Positions 49,053 to 59,410 are shown, counted from the first letter of the stretch. The stretch: 64,000 nucleotides of DNA from Alphaproteobacteria bacterium (GCA_965227095.1 CBDDFL010000002.1:1235025-1299024), one strand, 5' to 3'. Notes: generated by a model from the letters alone, not told the origin. Numbers and translations are program-made.

Positions 49053-49583
49053 ATGACCTATGTTGCACCCGAAAAACCAAAATCGTCGAAGAATGAGCCG
49101 ATCATTCCGCTGTCGACGCAAATCTCCTTAAGCTTCATTGGTATGCTGACGATGGTTGGGCTTGTTGGGGGTATCGCCCTCACCGCGGTGGATGGGGCCC
49201 TTGGCATTGATGCCGACCAAATTCGCACGCGTATTCTCGCCATCACGGGCGTTGGCCTTGCTGTCGGTGGGATTGTCGGCTGGCATGCGGAGCGCCGCGT
49301 GGCCCAGCTCGTGAAAAGCCTGCGCAAGGAAGTGATGATCAACCAGGCTGCCATCGCGCAAACCGCACGCGAGCGCTTCGAAGTGCTGGAACGGCGCAAA
49401 GCCGACCAACGCAGCGAAGAAATTGCAGGCCTGGTCCAAGAAGTGGCAACTTTGGCCGGCAGTACCGCCGTTGCGACCAACGAAATCCTGCAGCGCTTGG
49501 AAGCCATTCAATCCAAGGAAATCGAAGAACCGTCCACAGTGGATCACCCTGCTTGGACACGGCCTCAAGCTCTGAGCGCCTAA
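49053..49583 (+). CDS. Hypothetical membrane protein (2 TM) with C-terminal coiled coil
   Basis: GGGAGGA SD before the ATG at 49053. Two hydrophobic helices, then a heptad-rich region. No known domain. Confidence 0.45.
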   Translation: MTYVAPEKPKSSKNEPIIPLSTQISLSFIGMLTMVGLVGGIALTAVDGALGIDADQIRTRILAITGVGLAVGGIVGWHAERRVAQLVKSLRKEVMINQAAIAQTARERFEVLERRKADQRSEEIAGLVQEVATLAGSTAVATNEILQRLEAIQSKEIEEPSTVDHPAWTRPQALSA

Positions 49584-49656
49584 GGTTTTTTCCATGGGGC
49601 GGAGCGGTTTTGCGTCGCCCCATTGAAAACCCCGCCACAATGGCTACTCTTTCGGT

Positions 49657-50778
49657 ATGAGTTCCGAAAGTAGCCCCGATTCTTCTGAAAACACGTCATC
49701 CCGCGTCTCCATAGCTGTTATCGGCGGTGGCGTCATTGGGTTGTCCCTTGCCTGGCGTTTGGCCCAAGGCGGCGCCGACGTCACCCTCTTCGATGCAGGA
49801 TCCCGAGACATGGGCGGCACGTGGGCCGCCGCCGGCATGTTGGCACCAAATCTTGAAAGCCGCGAACTGCCGGCCTCTTTGGTGGCGTTCAATCATCGCA
49901 GTGCAGACATGTGGCCGGCGTTTGCCAACGAAATAGAGGGCAGCACGGGCATTGACATCGGATACCGCGTGGAAGGGACATTGCTGATCGATCCAGCACC
50001 CGAGGACGAAGCGAACGGTACTTTGAAAAATACCGGCGCATTGCGCGAGTTGGAACCGTTCCTGGCTGCCCCCTACCGCAACGCTGTCTTTTTCGACCGG
50101 GACCACGCCGTGGATGCCCGTGCCCTGTTGCGGGCGTTGACTTGGGGCTGCCGTCAGGTGGGCGTTAGCGTGCGTGGCGATACATCCGTCGACCGCGTCC
50201 AAGTATTGAAAAGCGGTCAGTTTCGTTTGTCGGTGCCTGGCCTCACGGTATTCGACAAAGTCGTCTTAGCGACGGGCGCATGGACCAAGCAGCTTCTCGA
50301 CCAATCCGGCATCCCCCTATTGCCGATCGATCCGATTAAGGGGCAAATGCTCTGTCTACAGATGGACCCTGAAGCACCTTTGGTGCGCCATGTGATGTGG
50401 GGGGAAGGGGTCTATTTGGTGCCCCGTACCGATGGACGGTTGGTCATCGGCGCAACCATGGAAGATGCCGGTTTTGATACGTCAATCACGACGGAAGCGA
50501 TTGCCGGGTTGCGGATAAAGGCACAGCGCTTGGTTCCGGGCTTAAGTGATCTTCCGGTCAATGAAATGTGGACGGGGTTTCGCGCAGGCTCGCCGGATAT
50601 GGCACCGCTGCTGGGGCCGTGGGCCTATCGTGATCTGTTCGTGGCGGCGGGACATCACCGCAATGGGATCTTGCAGGCTCCGGCCACGGCGGAGGCCTTG
50701 TCGCGCCAAATCCTCACGGGCCATCACCAAGAGTGCTTGATTCCGTTTTCGCCCTCGCGTTTTTGGCAAAAAGACTAG
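49657..50778 (+). CDS. FAD-dependent oxidoreductase (DAO family, glycine-oxidase ThiO-like)
   Basis: N-terminal IAVIGGGVIGLSLA FAD fold. Length and C-terminal pattern are DAO-like. Not adjacent to thiamine genes. Confidence 0.7.
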   Translation: MSSESSPDSSENTSSRVSIAVIGGGVIGLSLAWRLAQGGADVTLFDAGSRDMGGTWAAAGMLAPNLESRELPASLVAFNHRSADMWPAFANEIEGSTGIDIGYRVEGTLLIDPAPEDEANGTLKNTGALRELEPFLAAPYRNAVFFDRDHAVDARALLRALTWGCRQVGVSVRGDTSVDRVQVLKSGQFRLSVPGLTVFDKVVLATGAWTKQLLDQSGIPLLPIDPIKGQMLCLQMDPEAPLVRHVMWGEGVYLVPRTDGRLVIGATMEDAGFDTSITTEAIAGLRIKAQRLVPGLSDLPVNEMWTGFRAGSPDMAPLLGPWAYRDLFVAAGHHRNGILQAPATAEALSRQILTGHHQECLIPFSPSRFWQKD

Positions 50779-50890
50779 CATTCCGGCCATCTTTACCGAC
50801 CGGGGCGGCCATGCCACAGTGGTCACAACCGTGTTGCAGAACAACGGCATAGACCGGCATCACGAGGTTACGTTTAGGGGGGACGGGCAC

Positions 50891-51838
50891 ATGGTGGCTC
50901 TAGAGATTATTGGCGGGCTTTTATTGTTGGGCCTCGGCGGTGAAGGCTTGGTGCGCGGCGGCATTGGAATTGCGCGAACCTTCGGTCTGTCCCGATTGTT
51001 TGTCGGCGCGGTCATTGTCTCCATCGGCACCTCGGCGCCAGAATTGGTGGTCGCGATCAATGCGGTGCTCAGTGGAGAGCCGGACATCGCCACCGGCAAT
51101 GTGGTGGGCAGCAATATTTCAAACGTATTTTTGGTCTTGGCGCTTGGCGCCCTGATCTATCCGATCGCGATCCACCGAAATACGGTATTCCGGGATGGGG
51201 CCGTTTTACTCGGCGCGAGTGGACTGACCGTGTGGATTGCCCAAACACAGAGTTTTTCATCGACGGTTGGGACTGTCTTTTTAGGCCTGTTGGCGCTCTA
51301 CATCGTCGTTTTGCTGATCACTGAACGTCAGTCAAATTCCGAGCCGATCGTCGACAACGATATGTTGACGCAAAATTTTTTCTTCAATCTGGTGATCGCG
51401 GCCGTTGGTGCCGTGGCCTTGATGTTCGGCGCTCATTATTTAGTAACGGGGGCTACCGCCCTCGCCATTGCCTGGGATGTGCCGCCGTCCGTTATCGGGT
51501 TGTCTCTGGTGGCGGTGGGCACCTCTTTGCCTGAACTGGCGGCGACAAGTGTGGCAGCATGGCGCCGGAACCCAGAAATCGCCGCCGGTAATATTATCGG
51601 CAGCGGTATCTTCAATCTGTTCGGCATTTTGGGGGTGACGGCCCTCATTTCCGCAAACCCCGTCACGTTGCCAAACAATATGATCCAATTTGATGTGTGG
51701 TGGATGTTGGCGGCATCCGTGGTGATCATACCCTTCCTTGCGTCCAATTGGCGTTTGAGCCGGTTGGAGGGGGTTTTCCTGCTGACGCTTTATGTGGGAT
51801 ATCTGACAATCCTGTTTGGCTATGTCACTTTACAATAA
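50891..51838 (+). CDS. Ca2+/cation antiporter (CaCA/YrbG family)
   Basis: Two alpha-repeat regions with GTSAPEL / GTSLPEL signatures. 10 TM. Confidence 0.85.
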   Translation: MVALEIIGGLLLLGLGGEGLVRGGIGIARTFGLSRLFVGAVIVSIGTSAPELVVAINAVLSGEPDIATGNVVGSNISNVFLVLALGALIYPIAIHRNTVFRDGAVLLGASGLTVWIAQTQSFSSTVGTVFLGLLALYIVVLLITERQSNSEPIVDNDMLTQNFFFNLVIAAVGAVALMFGAHYLVTGATALAIAWDVPPSVIGLSLVAVGTSLPELAATSVAAWRRNPEIAAGNIIGSGIFNLFGILGVTALISANPVTLPNNMIQFDVWWMLAASVVIIPFLASNWRLSRLEGVFLLTLYVGYLTILFGYVTLQ

Positions 51839-51854
51839 CGCGGAATAGCGGCCC

Positions 51855-53021
51855 ATGGATTTCACCTTTTCGGAAGATCAACTGGAAATCAAACGCGCAA
51901 TCGATAAGTTGTGCGAAAAATATGATGATGCCTATTGGCTGGACCGTGATCGGAATGGCGGTTTTCCCGAAGACTTTGTGAAAGATCTCGCCGGCGGCGG
52001 TTGGTTGGGTGTGGCGATGCCGCAAGACGTGGGAGGCGCGGGGCTAGGGGTCACCGAAGCTGCCCTGATGATGCAGACCATCGCGGCATCGGGGGCCGGC
52101 ATGAGCGGTGTCTCCGCCGTCCATATCAATCTGTTCGGCCCCATGCCGATTGTGGTGTTTGGCACACCCGAACAAAAACAGCGGTTTTTGCCGCCGCTTA
52201 TCCGGGGTGAAGACCGTTGTTGTTTCGGTGTGACGGAACCCAATGCCGGGCTTGACACGACACATTTGGAATGTCGGGCCGAATGGGACGGATCTCATTA
52301 CGTTGTGCACGGACAAAAAATGTGGACGTCCACGGCTCAAACCGCCAATAAAATTCTTCTGATTGCGCGGACCACGCCGCTCGACCAAACGGAAAAAGCA
52401 AGCGATGGTCTCAGCCTTTTTTATACGGATCTCAATCGCGATTTCGTGGAGGTGCAAGAAATCGAAAAAATGGGGCGCAAGGCCGTCGATTCTAACGCCC
52501 TGTTCATTGATGGGTTGCGCATCCCGAAAGAAGATTTGATCGGCGAAGAAGGGAAGGGGTTCAAATATCTTCTCCATGGGTTGAACCCGGAACGCGTACT
52601 GGTCGGCGCGGAAGGCGTGGGCATCGGGATGGCGGCACTTGAGCGCGCGGCAAACTATGCGCGCGACCGTGTGGTGTTCGGCCGGCCTATTGGCCAAAAC
52701 CAAGCGATCCAACACCCTTTAGCGCGAAACTGGATGGAACTTGAGGCGGCCAATCTCATGGTTTTCAAAGCGGCCTCTCTTTACGATGGGGGGCAGTCCT
52801 GCGGTGCGGAAGCGAACAGCGCGAAGTATCTTGGCGGCGAAGCGGGCTTTAGAGCTTGCGAACAAGCGGTCATGACTCATGGTGGCATGGGATATGCCAA
52901 GGAATATCATGTAGAGCGATTGTTCCGTGAGGTGATGGTTGCGCGGATTGCGCCAGTCAGCCGCGAGATGATTCTAAGCTTCGTTGCAGAACGTGTCCTC
53001 GATCTGCCGAAGTCATACTAG
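51855..53021 (+). CDS. Acyl-CoA dehydrogenase family protein
   Basis: ACAD motifs (CFGVTEPNAGLD, C-terminal GGMGYAKEYHVERLFRE). Confidence 0.9.
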   Translation: MDFTFSEDQLEIKRAIDKLCEKYDDAYWLDRDRNGGFPEDFVKDLAGGGWLGVAMPQDVGGAGLGVTEAALMMQTIAASGAGMSGVSAVHINLFGPMPIVVFGTPEQKQRFLPPLIRGEDRCCFGVTEPNAGLDTTHLECRAEWDGSHYVVHGQKMWTSTAQTANKILLIARTTPLDQTEKASDGLSLFYTDLNRDFVEVQEIEKMGRKAVDSNALFIDGLRIPKEDLIGEEGKGFKYLLHGLNPERVLVGAEGVGIGMAALERAANYARDRVVFGRPIGQNQAIQHPLARNWMELEAANLMVFKAASLYDGGQSCGAEANSAKYLGGEAGFRACEQAVMTHGGMGYAKEYHVERLFREVMVARIAPVSREMILSFVAERVLDLPKSY

Positions 53022-53030
53022 GCACTCGAC

Positions 53031-53672
53031 TTAGTAGGGCTCGCAGCAACCATTGACCACCGAGCCATTCGTGAAGTTTCCGAATACCTCATAGGGGCGT
53101 TTTTCGGTACCGGCTCCCTGCACACATTCTCCAGATGCGCGGATCACAAAGACGGCATCTTGCTCGGTGGACGCATCCTGCGCTTCGATGGCCCATGTGG
53201 TGGCCCGGTTGACTGCCATCTTAGGAATACGTGTGTATAGCAATTGTTTCTTTTCGCCGACCGGCATGAACAGCGCTTTGCCATCGGCAATTGTCAGGTC
53301 CCACGCGGGCTCCGCGCCTAAGCAGCTTAGGCGGGTGGCCAGGCTATGCGGTTTGCTGTCGCCGGGGTCAACTTCGATGAATGAGGCGTTCACCCAGCCC
53401 TTGATGTTGCGATAGGAGATCCGCTTCCAATCGGGAGCGGCGTCTTTTCTTTGGCGCAGGAGTTTGATTTCCCTGGCATCGCTGGGCAACGCCCCGATGA
53501 TTTTCGCTTTTACGTCGGGCTCCTCCCGCACATACAGAACGTCCCACTTATCCACGTCCTTGACGCGAAATTCTGCTTCTTTTTCCTCTGCGACGGCGGG
53601 CGTGATTGTGAACAGGGCTCCTAAAAGGAAGCAAAAACCGGCGGTCCATTCCAACGCAAAACCCCGAAACAT
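53031..53672 (-). CDS. Secreted hypothetical protein with SH3b-like N-terminal region
   Basis: Signal peptide. VKDVDKWDVLYVREEP...WVNASFIE resembles bacterial SH3. C-terminal Cys-containing domain unknown. Confidence 0.45.
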   Translation of the reverse strand: MFRGFALEWTAGFCFLLGALFTITPAVAEEKEAEFRVKDVDKWDVLYVREEPDVKAKIIGALPSDAREIKLLRQRKDAAPDWKRISYRNIKGWVNASFIEVDPGDSKPHSLATRLSCLGAEPAWDLTIADGKALFMPVGEKKQLLYTRIPKMAVNRATTWAIEAQDASTEQDAVFVIRASGECVQGAGTEKRPYEVFGNFTNGSVVNGCCEPY

Positions 53673-53813
53673 CCAAAATCTCCACAAAAACGCCATGAAA
53701 TACTGTCAAAACGGCTGTCTATCAGGGGATGTAGTGTACACTCGGCCCCCCAAATTCGGCCGATTCGCATGGTATTTGGAATTCGTTTGCAATCTTCTAA
53801 AGGAGACGGGGGC

Positions 53814-54482
53814 ATGTTCGTGCGCTCTATCGTATTTTCTCTTTTCGCCATGGTGATCGCGTTGAGCGCGACGCCTTCCTCAGCAGATGCGCTGAAACAG
53901 CAACAAATCGTAGACAACGCCACCGTCACGCTGCGCGAGTTCACGGCCGATCCGGACCTCACCTGGTTTCGCGACAACGTCAAAAACGCCAAGGGACTCA
54001 TGATCTTTCCACGCTCCGTGAAAGGCGGTCTCATTTGGGGCGGATCAGGTGGTAACGGGATTTTGGTTGGCCGGCGCGCCGACGGGTGGAGTTACCCCGC
54101 CTTTTACACAACTGGTTCGTTGACCTTTGGGCTGCAGGCAGGCGTTGAGGTGTCGGAGATCGTTTTGATGGTGATGACCGAGCGAGGTCTTGATGCTCTG
54201 TTCACGACAGACGTAAAGCTGGGGGGTGACATCAGCGTTGCTGCCGGCCCGGTAGGTGTTGGTGCCAAAGCGCAAACGGCAGATATACTGGCTTTCGTGC
54301 GCTCTAAAGGATTGTATGGCGGCATCAATTTGGAGGGGACTGTTGTAAAGCCCCGCAAAAACTGGAACCGGCGCTATTACGGGAAGCAGGTGCGCGCTTC
54401 AGAAATCATTCGTGGCAACAGCGTAAAACGCACCGGTGTTGGCAAACTGTTCCAGGCGCTGAACGACATTAACCGTCTGTAA
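53814..54482 (+). CDS. SYLF (Ysc84/DUF500) lipid-binding domain protein, secreted
   Basis: Signal peptide. Conserved GGLIWGGSGGNGILV and GGDISVAAGPVG SYLF blocks. AAGGAG SD before 53814. Confidence 0.8.
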   Translation: MFVRSIVFSLFAMVIALSATPSSADALKQQQIVDNATVTLREFTADPDLTWFRDNVKNAKGLMIFPRSVKGGLIWGGSGGNGILVGRRADGWSYPAFYTTGSLTFGLQAGVEVSEIVLMVMTERGLDALFTTDVKLGGDISVAAGPVGVGAKAQTADILAFVRSKGLYGGINLEGTVVKPRKNWNRRYYGKQVRASEIIRGNSVKRTGVGKLFQALNDINRL

Positions 54483-54540
54483 ACAGATAAAATGATCTGT
54501 TTCGTTAAGTCCTTATTCACGAAACCAATAGTTAAGCACT

Positions 54541-54575
54541 CTTCCCTAGGCTTCGAGCATTGAAGCCTAGGGAAG
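54541..54575 (+). promoter_or_regulatory. Perfect 14-bp-arm hairpin immediately upstream of the response-regulator start, enclosing its SD
   Basis: CTTCCCTAGGCTTC-GAGCATT-GAAGCCTAGGGAAG. The 3' arm contains AGGGAAG 8 nt before the ATG at 54583. Confidence 0.5.
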
Positions 54576-54582
54576 TTGTTTC

Positions 54583-54966
54583 ATGAAAAAGCCCGCACAG
54601 AAACGTTGTCTTGTTGTTGACGACTCGCGCGTGATCCGCAAAGTGGCGCGGCAAACTCTCGAAAAATTGGATTTCGCCGTCGAAGAAGTCGAGGACGGTG
54701 CGCAAGCGCTGGATACCTGCATCAAGACCATGCCGGATGTGGTGTTACTCGATTGGAATATGCCCGTTATGGACGGCTTAGACTTCCTTAAAAGGCTGCG
54801 GCAGGAGCCGGAAGGGTCAGACCCCATTGTCATATTCTGTACCGCTCGGTGCGAAGTGGAAGACATTCAGATCGCCCTTACCGAAGGCGCAGATGAGTAT
54901 CTGATGAAGCCCTTTGACGGTGATCTGTTGAAGGACAAGCTGCGACAGGCTGGCGCCATCCACTAA
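54583..54966 (+). CDS. Single-domain response regulator (CheY-like receiver)
   Basis: Receiver motifs VVDDS, phospho-acceptor Asp in VLLDWNMP, conserved K in LMKPF. Confidence 0.85.
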   Translation: MKKPAQKRCLVVDDSRVIRKVARQTLEKLDFAVEEVEDGAQALDTCIKTMPDVVLLDWNMPVMDGLDFLKRLRQEPEGSDPIVIFCTARCEVEDIQIALTEGADEYLMKPFDGDLLKDKLRQAGAIH

Positions 54967-55032
54967 AACCAGGCGTCCTCCAACGCGTTTCCGGCTGGCA
55001 TACGGATTGCTTCGTAGGGGTCGGAGGCGAGC

Positions 55033-55890
55033 ATGATTTCTTTACAGACCCTTAACCCGGCCCTTAATTCTACGCTGGACCCGAAGCAGGCGATTGCGCA
55101 GGCAAGCGCGCGCACAGGCGTGGATTTCGACTATCTGCTCAAGACCGCTCAGCGCGAAAGTAGCCTGGATTCCTCAGCAAAAGCGCGCACCTCCAGCGCT
55201 GCTGGCCTGTTCCAATTCATTGAGCAAACGTGGCTTGGCATGGTCAAAAACCATGGGGCCAAATATGGCTTGGAGACGGAAGCTGCCGCCATCACCCAGG
55301 ATGCCAACGGCCGGTACCAAGTTGCCGATGCGGGCACCAAGTCGGCAATTCTTGCCCTGCGCCACGATGCGGAAACCTCCTCTCTTATGGCTGCCGAATA
55401 CACCCAAGAGGCATCGACGGTTTTGGAGGCAGGGCTTGGGCGGGCGCCGCGCGAAGCGGAACTCTATATGGCTCATTTTCTGGGGGCTGGGTCGGCCGCG
55501 CGCCTGATTAGTCTTGCGGAAACCACTCCGCAAGCGTCGGCGGCAGATACCTTCCCGCAAGCTGCTGCTGCCAATCGATCTATTTTCTATAATCGAGATG
55601 GTTCGGCACGAAGTGCGGCAGAGGTCGTAGAGAATTTGTCATCCAAACACGATGGCACAAAAGCGTCACCACCACCGGCGGCCCCCTCCGTGATTGCAGA
55701 ACATATCGGCCGGGAAATTGCCGTGCCCTTGCCCGCGCGCGGAAATGCCATGTTTGTTGAAACCGCACCACGGATTGGACCAGAGGTTCAGCCTTATCCG
55801 ACAAAAGGTGTAACCTTGTCCCCCATGATGGTGAAGATCCTCGCGTCTCTTGATCCGCTGAGTGCGTCTAAGGCACAGCACGCGCTTTAG
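55033..55890 (+). CDS. Lytic transglycosylase (SLT)-like domain protein
   Basis: QRESSLDSSAKARTSSAAGLFQF fits the SLT catalytic E-S...GLMQ motif. The remainder is low complexity. Confidence 0.45.
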   Translation: MISLQTLNPALNSTLDPKQAIAQASARTGVDFDYLLKTAQRESSLDSSAKARTSSAAGLFQFIEQTWLGMVKNHGAKYGLETEAAAITQDANGRYQVADAGTKSAILALRHDAETSSLMAAEYTQEASTVLEAGLGRAPREAELYMAHFLGAGSAARLISLAETTPQASAADTFPQAAAANRSIFYNRDGSARSAAEVVENLSSKHDGTKASPPPAAPSVIAEHIGREIAVPLPARGNAMFVETAPRIGPEVQPYPTKGVTLSPMMVKILASLDPLSASKAQHAL

Positions 55891-55902
55891 CCGCTATTTG
55901 GA

Positions 55903-57120
55903 TCAGATAATTTTCGACGCCCGCAGTGTGTCGATCTGTGCATCGTCAATGCCAGCTTCGCGCAGCACATCATCCGTATGTTGACCAAGTGACGGGGCGG
56001 GTCCTTTGGGACCGTCCGCCGTTCCACCGCCTTCTTCCGGTTCGTTCCGAAAGCGGACAGGTCCGGCTGGTGATTTAAAAGTGCCCGAGCCATCTTCTTT
56101 AGGGACGTCGACAAACGCTCCGGCCGCATGGGCTTGGGGGTCGGCGGCGACTTGGGCGGCATTTTGAACCGGTGCCCAAACCAAGTCTTCGGCGTCCAGT
56201 TTTGATCCCATGGTGTCCAAATCGTGTTTTGCAAACGCTTCATCGATGAGACCGATGAGTTCGACGGCATTGGCGCGCCGGGCCTTGCTGTTGGCGAAGC
56301 GTTCGTCATCGGCAAGTTCCGGACGGCCAATCGCATTTGCAAGCTTCGGCCAGTCCACATTTCCCTGACGTGGAACGATGCAAATCCAGGTCCCGTCCTG
56401 GGTCTGGAAATAATTGCCAATGGGGTTTACGGCGGCCTCACGCGGGCGGGTAGAGGCCACACGCCCAAACCGCAACTGGATCGCCATGTCGCTGGAGATG
56501 CTGTAAATGCCGGTCCGCAGCAGCGAGGTTTCGACCAAGCGTCCTTTGTTTGTTTTTTGCCGCTCATGCAATGCCGCAAGAATACCGCTCACGGTAGCCA
56601 GGGACGTCGTATGATCGCCCGACGCCGTGCGGATGGGCATCGGTGTTTGACCTTTTGGTGTTGTTAGGCGCCCGACGCCGGACCGCGACCAAAATGCCGC
56701 GATATCAAATCCGGCGCGGTCGCGTTCTTCACCTTCCAGGCCGTACCCGCTGACACTGGCATAAATAAGGCGCGGATTGATTTTCTTCAAACTGGGCCAG
56801 TCCAGTTGGGACCGTTCCAGACCCCCGGGGCGCACATTGGTGAGAAAAACATCCGCATCAGCCACCAGCTTGTACAAAACGTCTCGCCCTTCGTCGGTGG
56901 AGGTGTCTAGGGCGACGCTACGTTTTCCGCGATTATCCAATTCGAAGACGGGGTTTCCCAAATCCTCGGTCGCGCCGAGCGTTGCGAAGAACGACCGAAT
57001 TGGATCACCGTTAATCGGTTCAATTTTAACAACATCCGCCCCCCAATCCGCCAAAATACCCCCGGCGCCGGGGGCGGCGATGTAAGTGGCAAATTCGATG
57101 ACTTTCAAACCTTCAAGCAT
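55903..57120 (-). CDS. CoA-transferase family III (CaiB/BaiF) protein
   Basis: LEGLKVIEFATYIAAPGAGGILADWGADVVKIEP family signature. AGGGGA SD before the ATG at 57120. Confidence 0.85.
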   Translation of the reverse strand: MLEGLKVIEFATYIAAPGAGGILADWGADVVKIEPINGDPIRSFFATLGATEDLGNPVFELDNRGKRSVALDTSTDEGRDVLYKLVADADVFLTNVRPGGLERSQLDWPSLKKINPRLIYASVSGYGLEGEERDRAGFDIAAFWSRSGVGRLTTPKGQTPMPIRTASGDHTTSLATVSGILAALHERQKTNKGRLVETSLLRTGIYSISSDMAIQLRFGRVASTRPREAAVNPIGNYFQTQDGTWICIVPRQGNVDWPKLANAIGRPELADDERFANSKARRANAVELIGLIDEAFAKHDLDTMGSKLDAEDLVWAPVQNAAQVAADPQAHAAGAFVDVPKEDGSGTFKSPAGPVRFRNEPEEGGGTADGPKGPAPSLGQHTDDVLREAGIDDAQIDTLRASKII

Positions 57121-57246
57121 ATCCAATCCCCTGTTTTGCAGCGGACTATTCATGATTTAGCTGAAATGTGAAGTGAAAACTTAACAGTCGGTTATAGATG
57201 ACGCGGCGGCGGTGGGGCTTCAAGGCTTCCTTAAGCACAATGCGCG

Positions 57247-58401
57247 ATGCTGGTGGTCACGATTTCAGTCTGTGAGCAGATGATGGCGCTAAGTCAAAAT
57301 GATATCGCGGCGTTGCTTGAGGATCCTTCCGATGATGTGCGCGCGAGTGTCGCCGGAAAAGTAGGATCGCAAATGGGGGCCGGCGATCTAAGCGATACGG
57401 AACGCACGATCGCCCGTGCCATCCTCCAAACCATGGCGCAGGACGCGGCGACCCGTGTGAGGGTGGCGCTCGCTGAAAGTTTGCGCAATGCAACGGACGT
57501 TCCCGCAGACCTCATTCGGAAACTCGCCACCGATGTCGAACAGGTGGCAATTCCGGTTCTTGAATCGTCACCTATCTTAACGGACGAAGATTTGGTTTCT
57601 TTGGTGCGTGGCAGCTCTAGTTCCAAGAGGTCCGCGATTGCCCGTCGGGAAACGGTGACTGAAACCGTTGTCTCTGCTCTTATTGAAACAGATGATCCTG
57701 CCGCTCTGCGCACTCTCGTGAAGAATGAGGGGGCCGATATCAACGAACGCTCCATGGGAGTCATTCTGGACCGTCATGGCGAAGACGAAGAAATCACAGG
57801 CGGTATGGCACAGCGGACAACGCTGCCGCTGGCGGTGACCGAGCGTTTGGTCACGCTGGTGTCAGACAGCCTAAAAATCTATCTCGCCGAAAACCATGAA
57901 CTGCCATCAGACCGTATTCGCGCCATTATCGACGAAACCCGGGAACGCGTGACCGTAAAACTCGTGACGGAAGAACACAGCGCGGAAGACGTGGTGGATC
58001 TGGTCAATCAACTATACCGGAATGGCCGGTTGACCCCGACAATTATTCTGCGGGCGGCCTGTACGGGTGATATGCGTTTCGTTGAGGAAGCGTTTGGCTG
58101 TTTAGCGCGCATCAAAACCGACAAGGCATGGATGCTCATTCACGATGGCGGACAAAAGGGGTTCGAGGCCATTTATCAGCGGGCGGGCCTGCCTGAAACC
58201 ATGTTCCCCGCATTCCGCATCGCGTTGGATGTGTTCCATGATTTGGACATGGCCGGCGATACCAGCAACAATGACCATTTCACGCAGAAATTCCTGGAAC
58301 GTGTTCTAACCCAATATGACGAATTAGACGCCGAGGATTTGGATTACTTCTTTGGCAAACTGTCAACACTTGCGGAAGCGCACTCATCGGCGTTTGCGTG
58401 A
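57247..58401 (+). CDS. DUF2336-like hypothetical protein
   Basis: Alpha-helical repeat protein. Sequence pattern resembles the alphaproteobacterial DUF2336 family. Start uncertain (57247 or 57280). Confidence 0.5.
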   Translation: MLVVTISVCEQMMALSQNDIAALLEDPSDDVRASVAGKVGSQMGAGDLSDTERTIARAILQTMAQDAATRVRVALAESLRNATDVPADLIRKLATDVEQVAIPVLESSPILTDEDLVSLVRGSSSSKRSAIARRETVTETVVSALIETDDPAALRTLVKNEGADINERSMGVILDRHGEDEEITGGMAQRTTLPLAVTERLVTLVSDSLKIYLAENHELPSDRIRAIIDETRERVTVKLVTEEHSAEDVVDLVNQLYRNGRLTPTIILRAACTGDMRFVEEAFGCLARIKTDKAWMLIHDGGQKGFEAIYQRAGLPETMFPAFRIALDVFHDLDMAGDTSNNDHFTQKFLERVLTQYDELDAEDLDYFFGKLSTLAEAHSSAFA

Positions 58402-58404
58402 GGC

Positions 58405-59235
58405 TTAGCTGACCAGCTGCACCGAGCGTTCCTGTTCGACATCGTAGTTTTCTTCAGTGATGACGTCGGACCAGGTCGACAACCAGTCGATGGCATTGTC
58501 CAAACTAATTGGGGGGCTGATGTAGTTGCCCTGGACACCGGTAAATCCGAGTTCGTCGATACTTGACAAAGATGTCGCGCTCTCTGCACCGACGGCTACC
58601 GTAATGACATCTTTTTGCCGGGCTTCGTTTAGAAACCTCATAATGAGATCGACGCCGGGCCCCTTGTGGCGGGCTTCGATTTCCAAAACCGCTTGGATGC
58701 CGATTTTAAGATGCGAGAAAAGACCTAGATCAAGAGCATTGTCGCCGGTGAAGACATCAACACCCAGATGGGCGGCCGTACTAATGCCATTGTCGCGAAG
58801 GCGGGCCATGGTTTGGAGGAAACGGACATTTGGTCGTTGAAGCGGATAGTGGGGCACTTCGACGATCAGGTTGTGATGGCTGATCCCGAATTCTTCCACC
58901 AGTAATCCGATCGACGCCGGAAGACTGCCGTCCATCAGGTCACTTGCAAGAACATTCAAACCAATCGAAATGTCTAAACCATTTTGCTGCGCCGCCGAAC
59001 ATGCGGTGGCCGCTTCTCTAAAGACATATCTCGTTAACTCGCCGGTGCGCCCCAGGCGATCTAACTGTGTGAGAAACAATGCCGGATTTAACGTACCGTA
59101 GTCCGGGTGTTTCCACCTCACGACGCCTTCCGCTGCGAGCACCAAAGGCGAAGATAAGGAAATGATGGGTTGGTAGAAGAGCTCGAAGCGCTTATTCTTA
59201 AAGCCGTCGTCGAAGTCTTGATTGGTAAGCTGCAT
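58405..59235 (-). CDS. EAL domain protein with degenerate catalytic motifs (likely non-catalytic)
   Basis: FELFYQPI start of EAL. EAL->EGV. ExTE->EVPH, DDFGTG->VDVFTG and KIDxxF->KIGIQA are all substituted. The EGVE...QG tail is retained. Confidence 0.7.
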   Translation of the reverse strand: MQLTNQDFDDGFKNKRFELFYQPIISLSSPLVLAAEGVVRWKHPDYGTLNPALFLTQLDRLGRTGELTRYVFREAATACSAAQQNGLDISIGLNVLASDLMDGSLPASIGLLVEEFGISHHNLIVEVPHYPLQRPNVRFLQTMARLRDNGISTAAHLGVDVFTGDNALDLGLFSHLKIGIQAVLEIEARHKGPGVDLIMRFLNEARQKDVITVAVGAESATSLSSIDELGFTGVQGNYISPPISLDNAIDWLSTWSDVITEENYDVEQERSVQLVS

Positions 59236-59410
59236 TGACCTGCGTCCAATCGGTATCAGATTACTAAAGGTCGATCTTTTTTGATCGGGCCTAGATTATC
59301 AGCAAGGCGTTAACAGAAAGCCTTCAAGACAACAGCGGGCGCACAAGAAAATCGCGGCACACGGTCGTGAACTGATAAACAAAGTATAAAAAACGGGGAA
59401 GGTCCATTTT

